Made by a program: the position numbers and the translations under genes. Source: a virus. Taken from it: a stretch of 37,531 bases of DNA. This document shows positions 7,687 through 13,927 of this stretch, one piece after another. The notes under the pieces are model-generated. The model made no database searches and was not told the origin of the DNA. It saw nothing but the letters and a program-made list of their open reading frames with translations. Every line of letters starts with the position of its first letter. Positions within the stretch are counted from its first letter, which is position 1. Location: the IMG/VR virus record IMGVR_UViG_3300044534_000100, positions 1-37,531 of that record; one strand, given 5' to 3'.

Positions 7687-7708
7687 AAAAGGCCAGCCGA
7701 AGCTGACC
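7685..7708 (-). terminator. Strand-specific intrinsic terminator with a C(UUCG)G tetraloop
   Basis: Read on the minus strand: GGTCAGC-UUCG-GCUGGCC followed by UUUUUU. The single imperfect pair is a G-U wobble on minus but a C-A mismatch on plus. Confidence 0.6.
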
Positions 7709-7860
7709 AGATTGATATGAGCGATACGTTAATCTTGAACCACTCGTTGAAATGATGCGAATCGCTCGTCCAAGGCGAAGTGTTAACTAATCGAGAGTAG
7801 GCTTTCTACACCTTCCTTTCATCAACGTTTGTAAAATAGGTGACGCCTTGAAAGCTAAGA

Positions 7861-7880
7861 GCCAGGAGTCGAACCTGAGC
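7861..7880 (-). ncRNA. T-loop-type hairpin (GC(U)CAGG-UUCGACU-CCUGGC) inside the large RNA
   Basis: Carries a TPsiC-like 7-nt loop. I could not build a complete cloverleaf around it. Confidence 0.4.
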
Positions 7881-7961
7881 TGTGCGCGGAGGCAAATAAA
7901 ACCGTGCCCTACCGAGGACCATTAGCGTGCTTGCGAGGTCCGTGAAGATTTGCAAGCTAAT

Positions 7962-8046
7962 TGCTGACGGGCGGAATCGAACCGCCTTCTCTGGGAAAAT
8001 AATCTGACCTAAAAAGCCCAGCTGCCTGCCATCGGCCCACGTCAGC
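7962..8046 (-). ncRNA. tRNA-like element: canonical acceptor, D and T arms but a 21-nt anticodon loop
   Basis: Segment lengths 7/2/4/7/4/1/5/21/5/4/5/7/5/7 sum to exactly 84 nt. The acceptor is GCUGACG/CGUCAGC, the T arm is GGCGG-UUCGAUU-CCGCC, and the D loop is GAUGGCA. Confidence 0.5.
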
Positions 8047-8511
8047 ATATAATCAGGATCCTCGTCTCTGCTTACGGTTACCGTTTTCCGCCGGTCCCTT
8101 GGGCAGTACTGGTGTCCTGATAGTGTGATCCTCTAGCCGTTGAATGAGATCACGGATTCTTCTGCCTTAGCACGGCTGTGCCTGAGACTATCATGAGCGG
8201 CACGTTGAGGTATTGTTATGGTTGACGCTCATCATATTTACGTTGTTTGAAATCTCTTGAAAGGAGGTCGAATTCTTACATCGGATTCATCAAGAATGTC
8301 CCATCGATAGTCTCAATGCGGGGGTATGGTCATCTGCCACCACGTTCGTCGGCTTGGTTACCGGCTCCCCACCGCTTGCGCTAGACCTGAGTTGCTGTGA
8401 ATATACGTCAGACGTCTAGCGCTGTTAGTTTATTTTGGGAGTAAGTAGTTTAAGGGCTTGCTCAGGTCACGTTTTCGGGTATGTCGCAATTGATAATCTT
8501 TCGACGATACC

Positions 8512-8517
8512 AATATA
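8512..8517 (-). promoter_or_regulatory. Candidate -10 (TATATT) of the activator-dependent late promoter
   Basis: Lies 21 nt downstream of the proximal CTGCAG repeat. No -35 is present. Confidence 0.3.
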
Positions 8518-8538
8518 ATCCCGTTTACCCTGCTTTTT

Positions 8539-8588
8539 CTGCAGGTTTACTGCAGAATTCCTGCAGATTTACTGCAGAAAAACTGCAG
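8539..8588. repeat. Five CTGCAG hexamers at exact 11-bp spacing (22-bp unit CTGCAGRTTTACTGCAGAAWWM); candidate late-activator binding array
   Basis: Hexamers start at 8539, 8550, 8561, 8572 and 8583. The array begins 3 nt after the arpU-like stop codon. Confidence 0.85.
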
Positions 8589-8591
8589 ACT

Positions 8592-9020
8592 TCATTTACT
8601 TACTCGAACATGATCATCTGGAATGATCTTCGCTGCTTCCCAAAGCGCTTCATTCTGGTAGTCATAGAACGTCCGCTCAGACAGCCCCAGTTTCATTCTG
8701 ACGGCCGTTACTGACCAGTGATGATGAACAAATCGGTCATCCAGAATCTGCTTGTAGGTCACATGCGCGTCGCCCTTGGAGGCAATGTAATCTAGGACCT
8801 CTTCTCTGACCTTCCACTCCCGTTCAGCGTTCACATAGTCGACAATCTTATAATCGGCATCGTATAGTGACCCCGTGGGCAGACCGTCCATGCTCGGTGA
8901 CCCAATCGTTGGTTTTTTCAGCCTTGCTTCATCTCTCCAGTCCCAGTACTGAGACAGCCACTTTCGTGCGGCCTCAATGCTTTTTTTCTTGTCGTATTTC
9001 CCGAAAATGTCATCAATCAC
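8592..9020 (-). CDS. arpU: ArpU-family phage late transcriptional activator
   Basis: 142 aa. The N-terminal pattern is FGKYDKKKSIEAARKWLSQYWDW. A C-terminal HTH-like TAVRMKLGLSERTFYDYQNEAL is present. The GTG start follows AAGGGG. Confidence 0.65.
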   Translation of the reverse strand: MIDDIFGKYDKKKSIEAARKWLSQYWDWRDEARLKKPTIGSPSMDGLPTGSLYDADYKIVDYVNAEREWKVREEVLDYIASKGDAHVTYKQILDDRFVHHHWSVTAVRMKLGLSERTFYDYQNEALWEAAKIIPDDHVRVSK

Positions 9021-9036
9021 GACGCTACACCCCTTG

Positions 9037-9045
9037 TGGTATAAT
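9037..9045 (+). promoter_or_regulatory. Extended -10 (TGGTATAAT) on the plus strand
   Basis: Perfect TGnTATAAT match, with no convincing -35. Confidence 0.35.
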
Positions 9046-9071
9046 GAATTTGGTTTTATTTATATCGAAGG

Positions 9072-9101
9072 GGCGTTCCAGCGATGGAACGTCTTTTTAT
9101 T
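9072..9101 (+). terminator. Plus-strand intrinsic terminator hairpin
   Basis: 9-bp stem 9072-9080/9085-9093 with loop GCGA, followed by TTTTTATT. The minus-strand reading lacks a U-run. Confidence 0.5.
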
Positions 9102-9123
9102 ACACTGTGTTTCTTCTTTGACT

Positions 9124-9333
9124 TCACTCAACCACTTCCATGCACAATACCGTCGTTGGATCAGCTTCAATCGGCTCACGTGGAACGCCGAGCACCTTCT
9201 TCTTGATGTAGAAGAAAACCGGGTTGTCTGCAGAACACCTTCTATGGTGCCCAACGATCCAGTACCTATCTCCTAGCTCGTCCTGGATCAGCTTGTGATC
9301 ACGTTCCACTTCCGCAGCTTCTTGCCAGGTCAT
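9124..9333 (-). CDS. Hypothetical protein (69 aa)
   Basis: The ATG at 9333 follows GAAAGGA and lies just after the stop of the upstream ORF. Confidence 0.5.
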   Translation of the reverse strand: MTWQEAAEVERDHKLIQDELGDRYWIVGHHRRCSADNPVFFYIKKKVLGVPREPIEADPTTVLCMEVVE

Positions 9334-9340
9334 GATCCTT

Positions 9341-9562
9341 TCATCGCCTTTCACCTCGTAGATCCCGGCCACACATCGGACAGTAGCCAATTTTCTTCGT
9401 CTCGCAGGTGTCCTCTTCAACGACCAGCATGTTTCCTTCAATGTGAACAGCTTGCCCTAATTGTTCGCCTATCCCATACGGTTTGTCATAATGCACCGTA
9501 TTGATCAAGTCCTTCTGGCCGTGGCAGTACGGGCAGTTCTCTTGCGATATTCTTTTTTTCAT
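9341..9562 (-). CDS. Small zinc-ribbon protein (CPYC...CPMC)
   Basis: AGGAGA RBS and two CxxC pairs. Confidence 0.6.
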   Translation of the reverse strand: MKKRISQENCPYCHGQKDLINTVHYDKPYGIGEQLGQAVHIEGNMLVVEEDTCETKKIGYCPMCGRDLRGERR

Positions 9563-9573
9563 TATTCATTCTC

Positions 9574-9786
9574 CTATACAAATTCCTTAGGTTTTCTTTT
9601 CCACCATTGTGACCAGGCATAGCCTGCATGATCCATAAACTGTGCTCGCCGGATTTGCCGCTTACGAGTCCGTTTAATACCTGAAGGTAGTGCATAGCCA
9701 AGCAGTGTTGCCCGCACCCGCCGCCACACACTTGGAGGCATTCCTAGCTCAACTGATACACTGGTTTCGACCGGCATTGAATCCAT
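9574..9786 (-). CDS. Small basic protein (70 aa), hypothetical
   Basis: The ATG overlaps the pnuC-like stop (TAATG coupling). Confidence 0.4.
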   Translation of the reverse strand: MDSMPVETSVSVELGMPPSVWRRVRATLLGYALPSGIKRTRKRQIRRAQFMDHAGYAWSQWWKRKPKEFV

Positions 9787-10541
9787 TATTTAATTTCCTC
9801 CAATCCATCGTGCTTACGTCCACGGTTAAACCAAGGCGAAACTGTGAAGGCTAAAACATCGTTAGTCACATAAATCAGTGAATTAACCGCCATTGCGAGT
9901 GTGGCATCACCTTGTGCGAAAGTGACCGCCCATAAAATCAATTGGAAAATACCGGAAGCTAACCACCAGTAGTATTGGTTGTTGTAACGGAAGAAGCACA
10001 TTACACCGGCCGTTAAACTGATAGCAAAACTAATCGCATCAATCCATGGCCGTGGGTCATTGGTAAACCGACCAATTAAGTAACCCGAAACTAAGTAAAC
10101 GAGTAACGTTCCAGCAATCGCGATTAACCATTGCTTGCCACCGAATTTTCGTAAGTGGTTCTTTGTATCATTGTTCCATGAACGAATGGCAAAAATTACC
10201 GGAATATCAAGCGTGGCCACATAGGCTAACTGTTCAAAAATACTCAAATAATTCTTTGCTGACCAGCCGGCATAAATGAAGCATGCTGCACTGATTAAGC
10301 CTAGCCAACCGTTAATAGCTTTCGTAGCGTTAATTGCCAGTACACATAATGTTCCGAGCAGTGTTCCAATAAATGTAATCATTGTCACGCTGGTTACCTT
10401 AGCGCCAATTAGCAGGCACAATTGAAAACCAAACGCGAAAAACCATAGACAGTAATTCTGCACTGGCCAACCCTTTAACTGATTAACTAACCAAACGAAA
10501 TAATTTTCTTTCTTAGAATCCATATCCAACCAACCCTTCAT
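9786..10541 (-). CDS. pnuC: PnuC-family nicotinamide riboside transporter-like membrane protein
   Basis: About 7 TM segments. The W/N-rich pattern YNNQYYWWLASGIFQLILW...NSLIYVTNDVL resembles PnuC. The start may instead be the MDSKK codon at 10523. Confidence 0.6.
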   Translation of the reverse strand: MKGWLDMDSKKENYFVWLVNQLKGWPVQNYCLWFFAFGFQLCLLIGAKVTSVTMITFIGTLLGTLCVLAINATKAINGWLGLISAACFIYAGWSAKNYLSIFEQLAYVATLDIPVIFAIRSWNNDTKNHLRKFGGKQWLIAIAGTLLVYLVSGYLIGRFTNDPRPWIDAISFAISLTAGVMCFFRYNNQYYWWLASGIFQLILWAVTFAQGDATLAMAVNSLIYVTNDVLAFTVSPWFNRGRKHDGLEEIK

Positions 10542-10558
10542 TAATAATTTTCAATGCT

Positions 10559-10990
10559 TCACTGCTTCGTTAATTTTAATTTCAGTTCCTCCACTTCAAT
10601 CTCTACTCTCGGTTTGTCTGAGTAGTACTTCTTCGTATTCAGTTCCACGATCTGATTATCATCGCCCCACAGGACGCCGTTTAAGCCGTCTAAGGTGGAT
10701 TTGATATAGTTGTCCAAGTCAGGCTTCTTCGTCGGTCTAATGGCTCCTGTGGCTTTCAGGCGGTGCCTTTTTTTCGACTCGCTCGTTTGGATTGGCCGAT
10801 AGAACCTGGCCGTTACTTTCAACGGTCCTTCCAGCGGATCACCCTCGTATGCAGTACGAGCAGCAAGCCATAGTTGGTCCTTGTAGGTGCGTACTGGCTT
10901 CGGGTCATACAATCTTATACCTTTGCCGAACCGTGTCGCTCTCGGCCGTGCCTGAGCCACTGGGGCGATGTCAAACGTCAACTTAATCAC
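10559..10990 (-). CDS. rusA: RusA Holliday-junction resolvase
   Basis: Sequence IKLTFDIAPVAQARPR...KPDLDNYIKSTLDGLNGVLWGDDNQIV. The start is refined to the GTG at 10990, which follows GGAGG. Confidence 0.8.
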   Translation of the reverse strand: MIKLTFDIAPVAQARPRATRFGKGIRLYDPKPVRTYKDQLWLAARTAYEGDPLEGPLKVTARFYRPIQTSESKKRHRLKATGAIRPTKKPDLDNYIKSTLDGLNGVLWGDDNQIVELNTKKYYSDKPRVEIEVEELKLKLTKQ

Positions 10991-11303
10991 GGTTGCCTCC
11001 GTAGATGAAGTCTGCTGCAATGTCGGCCACCTTGTTGATGGTTTCCTGTGGCAGACCACCGTCCAGGTTTGGGGCATACTCAGTCATCACATCGCCGATG
11101 CTAGTGTCCTTAGCACTGATCGACAGGAACCAGCGTTGTTCCACGTCTCCGCATAGGTCAGCGTTCAGATTGTCACGGTTGGCATATACGATCACACCAT
11201 ACATATCGCTTACTTTAGTCAGTAAGCCCGTCTCTTCATGGATCCGCTCCGCTAGCCATTGCTCACGGATATGGTCACTAATCTTTACAACTTCTGTAGT
11301 CAT
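10983..11303 (-). CDS. Hypothetical protein
   Basis: The ATG at 11303 follows GAGGAAG. The stop overlaps the rusA start. Confidence 0.6.
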   Translation of the reverse strand: MTTEVVKISDHIREQWLAERIHEETGLLTKVSDMYGVIVYANRDNLNADLCGDVEQRWFLSISAKDTSIGDVMTEYAPNLDGGLPQETINKVADIAADFIYGGNRD

Positions 11304-11311
11304 GTTCTTCC

Positions 11312-12112
11312 TCACTTTCTTACATCCTTCAGCCCGTCAAATTCCACGATTTGGCTGTGATTGTGTGGGACTAGACGACTGATTATTTTTTCGTTATAGA
11401 TCCCAGCAAGTTTGTCAGTGCTGAGGTTAGTCGTACTAATTGTTGAGTGAATTGGCTCGTTGCGGTTAAGGTCTAACCGGGCATTCGCCACTCTGAACAG
11501 CAGCTCCTGCATGTCCTGGCGGACTGATTTAGGGTTCTTTTTCATACCTCCTTCTGTGCCAAGGTCATCAAGCAACAGCACATCAACTGACTTCATCATC
11601 TTTTCCAAATATTTGAGCCGATCCTTTACGTCGCTAGCTTCAAAGCGGTCATCGTGCAGATGAGATAGCTCCATCGTTGATACCACCATTACTGAGAAGC
11701 CTTCGTTAGCCAGGTAATTAAGCATCGCCATTGCTAGCGAAGTCTTTCCGACCCCTGGAGGGCCGCTTAGCAACACCTTCATTGGCTGATTAATCATCTG
11801 CTTTGCCAGCACATAGCATTGATTCCCGACACCTCTAGCCAGATTGACGTTGGCCGACTGCATAGATGGCTGCCAATCTTTAAAGGTGAAATCAATTCGT
11901 TGACCACCAGAGAACAAACTGCTACGAAAATATTCACTGTTCTGGAAGAGCTCATGCTGCTTTCCCCAACCGGCCTGAATGCGATTGTTCCTGACAATTA
12001 CCCGTCGCTTAATCTCGTTGTAGTCACGAGGGTCGCGCATATCTTTGCCAGTCATCTTTAAGATCTGCCTAGCGGCTATCTCTTGGATTCGGTTTAAATT
12101 CATCGTTGGCAT
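11312..12112 (-). CDS. DnaC/IstB-like AAA+ helicase loader
   Basis: Walker A GPPGVGKT and Walker B VLLLDDLG. Confidence 0.8.
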   Translation of the reverse strand: MPTMNLNRIQEIAARQILKMTGKDMRDPRDYNEIKRRVIVRNNRIQAGWGKQHELFQNSEYFRSSLFSGGQRIDFTFKDWQPSMQSANVNLARGVGNQCYVLAKQMINQPMKVLLSGPPGVGKTSLAMAMLNYLANEGFSVMVVSTMELSHLHDDRFEASDVKDRLKYLEKMMKSVDVLLLDDLGTEGGMKKNPKSVRQDMQELLFRVANARLDLNRNEPIHSTISTTNLSTDKLAGIYNEKIISRLVPHNHSQIVEFDGLKDVRK

Positions 12113-12123
12113 GATTTCACCTC

Positions 12124-12888
12124 CTAGAACGGCAGATCGTCTTCATTGACTCCATCTAGCGGATTGTGGCCGTCGTCCTGGATCACGAAGTTAGATGAAC
12201 TGGTAGTTGAGTCGTTAGTCGTGTAGTCATCATCAAATCGCCCGTTAAACCAGGTAGACCCGTTCTGCGGGTGATACCAATCAGCATTCTCCTCACAGTA
12301 TTTCTTGTAAGCAGCCAGGCGAGCTAGTATGTACTCTTTGGTATGTTTCTTAGAAGCCTTACGCCACGATTTATAGTGGTTAAAGGCTTGCTTCTTCCCC
12401 TTCTTGTTTGGATACTCTTTCCAGAGTTCTTCAAACTCGTCTTGAAGCTGGGATGCAGACAGTGCATTGCTTGGCGATGCACTATTTGTTTTCTTATTAT
12501 TTGGTAATTCTTGTTGTTGATAATTCTTGTTATTGTTAATTCTTAGTGGGGGATTTACCGTCGGACGTGTTTCCCGTTGGACGGGGTTTCCCTCTAACGG
12601 TGAATCCGACAAAATCCATTCCATTCCGCTGATTTTCCCGTTAACGGTTAATCTGTTCTTGCGTTTTAAGTAGCCATACTTCTCTAACTCTTTCAGCCCT
12701 GAAGCTAAGGAATCTTTGCCGTCAGTTGCGTGTGTTGCAACTTCACTCACATAGAACTGCCAGTTATCTGCTTGGCTCCATAGGTAGACAAAGATTCCGC
12801 GTGCCTTCCAGCTAAGCCGTTTATCACGAATAAGCTGATTGCTTACATTTGTATAGTTTTTATTTGTTTGTTTAATCAGCCTAGCCAT
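12124..12888 (-). CDS. Replisome organizer / DnaD-domain replication protein ending in an SSB-like EDDLPF tail
   Basis: N-terminal winged-helix-like region, low-complexity linker and C-terminal DnaD-like region. It lies between ssb and the loader. Confidence 0.65.
   Translation of the reverse strand: MARLIKQTNKNYTNVSNQLIRDKRLSWKARGIFVYLWSQADNWQFYVSEVATHATDGKDSLASGLKELEKYGYLKRKNRLTVNGKISGMEWILSDSPLEGNPVQRETRPTVNPPLRINNNKNYQQQELPNNKKTNSASPSNALSASQLQDEFEELWKEYPNKKGKKQAFNHYKSWRKASKKHTKEYILARLAAYKKYCEENADWYHPQNGSTWFNGRFDDDYTTNDSTTSSSNFVIQDDGHNPLDGVNEDDLPF
12505..12547. repeat. About 2.7 tandem 16-bp repeats (TAATTCTTGTTRTTGW) inside the organizer gene; candidate origin iterons
   Basis: Repeat units start at 12505, 12521 and 12537. 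Confidence 0.6.
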
Positions 12889-12899
12889 ATTGTTTCCTC

Positions 12900-13280
12900 C
12901 TAGAACGGCAAATCGTCGTCGGTTACTTCTGCTTCTTCATTTTGCTGGGGTGCTTGACCCTGGTACTTGTCACGTGGCACAAATGAGAAGTTAGATACGG
13001 TCAGTTCAGCTGATTGCCGTTCTTGCCCTTCACGATCTGTCCACGAGCGCATATTAAACTCACCGGCAACAGTGATCGGCTGGCCCTTTTGGAAATTATT
13101 CATGATCACGTCACCCTGCCGTCCAAACGCTGTGCATCGAACGAAGGTAGTATCATACTTGCCGTCTTTGTTCTTGCGGGTACTATTAGAAGCTACTGTA
13201 AAGTTTGTAATGTTAGACTGACCCGCTTGGCGTTGTTCGGGGTCACGAGTTAGTCGCCCTATAATTGTTGCAATGATCAT
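12900..13280 (-). CDS. ssb: Single-stranded DNA-binding protein
   Basis: OB-fold N-terminus MIIATIIGRLTRDPE and an acidic tail DDDLPF. Confidence 0.9.
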   Translation of the reverse strand: MIIATIIGRLTRDPEQRQAGQSNITNFTVASNSTRKNKDGKYDTTFVRCTAFGRQGDVIMNNFQKGQPITVAGEFNMRSWTDREGQERQSAELTVSNFSFVPRDKYQGQAPQQNEEAEVTDDDLPF

Positions 13281-13924
13281 TGCTGCTTACCTCCTTGGTA
13301 CTGTTTGAGCACCTCACGTGCTGCTGCAACTAGCTTTGATGCCTTAGCACTAGCACTGTCTTTAGAATTAACCCTGGCCATCTGTGTGAGCTGATCATTC
13401 ATCTGCTTAGGGGTAAATTTATTTCCGGATGCTGCAATGATCTTGGCTCTCAGTTCGGCGTACTCTTTGCGGTCGAGCTCTAGCTGACTTGGCTTAGCTG
13501 GTGCTTTACGTTGTGACTGGCGTTGACGTGTTTGGCGCTGCTGCTGTCGGTATTCATTAGTATCAGCATCCTTGGTGTCGTCGATCAGAAACAGACCGTT
13601 GAGCGCATACTTACGAGCGTAGCTTGATGCAGTCCCGGTGATCTGACTATCGTCCATGCCCTTCTTATTAGCCGCCTCGCGTGCAAAACCGGTAACAGTG
13701 GTTACCTTTCCATCCTTAGCGGTGAATGTAGCCGTTGCCTTGATGTAGTGCCAGTCGCCGACCATAATGGGCTCGTCAGACAAGATTAAGCCATCACCAT
13801 ACTTGGCTAAGAGCGGTTTAGCCGCCGTTAGAATGTCCTCCGCACTTCGGTAGTCATATCCCCCAAAGTTGTTGTGCTGATTCTTGGGTGCCTTTAGCTC
13901 ACCCTGTACTTGAAGTAGAGTCAC
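13277..13924 (-). CDS. erf: ERF-family single-strand annealing recombinase
   Basis: Contains NFGGYDYRSAEDIL...SSYARKYALNGLFLIDD. Confidence 0.75.
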   Translation of the reverse strand: MTLLQVQGELKAPKNQHNNFGGYDYRSAEDILTAAKPLLAKYGDGLILSDEPIMVGDWHYIKATATFTAKDGKVTTVTGFAREAANKKGMDDSQITGTASSYARKYALNGLFLIDDTKDADTNEYRQQQRQTRQRQSQRKAPAKPSQLELDRKEYAELRAKIIAASGNKFTPKQMNDQLTQMARVNSKDSASAKASKLVAAAREVLKQYQGGKQQ

Positions 13925-13927
13925 TTT

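Larger units (their letters stand above)
7685..8505 (-). ncRNA. Large (~820 nt) structured non-coding RNA candidate, possibly GOLLD/ROOL class
   Basis: No credible ORF or RBS is present. The region is bounded by the late-promoter area and a minus-strand terminator. It holds an embedded tRNA-like cloverleaf and a T-loop hairpin. Helices include 8378-8386/8414-8422, 8193-8199/8226-8232 and 8125-8130/8148-8153. Confidence 0.5.

Noticed and set aside
7855-7935. A second tRNA gene suggested by the GGTTCGACTCC T-arm-like sequence
   Set aside because: I could not build D and anticodon arms or a 7-bp acceptor stem around it. I treat it as a T-loop hairpin within the larger RNA.
7962-8046. The tRNA-like element as an ochre suppressor that rescues the TAA in the antirepressor
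   Set aside because: No 5-bp stem with a 7-nt loop presents a UUA anticodon. Only one in-frame stop of this kind exists in the genome. I keep it only as a remote possibility inside finding 2.
7806-8048. 80-aa minus-strand ORF, plus the plus-strand ORFs 7490..7720 and 8481..8714, lying inside the ORF-free block
   Set aside because: None has an RBS. All have odd composition. They overlap the tRNA-like cloverleaf, the T-loop hairpin or the CTGCAG repeat array. They are best explained as chance frames in structured or regulatory DNA.
8539-8588. CTGCAG repeat array as a CRISPR array
   Set aside because: The repeats are only 6 bp with 5-bp spacers and there are only 5 units. That is far too short for CRISPR, and the phasing points to protein binding.
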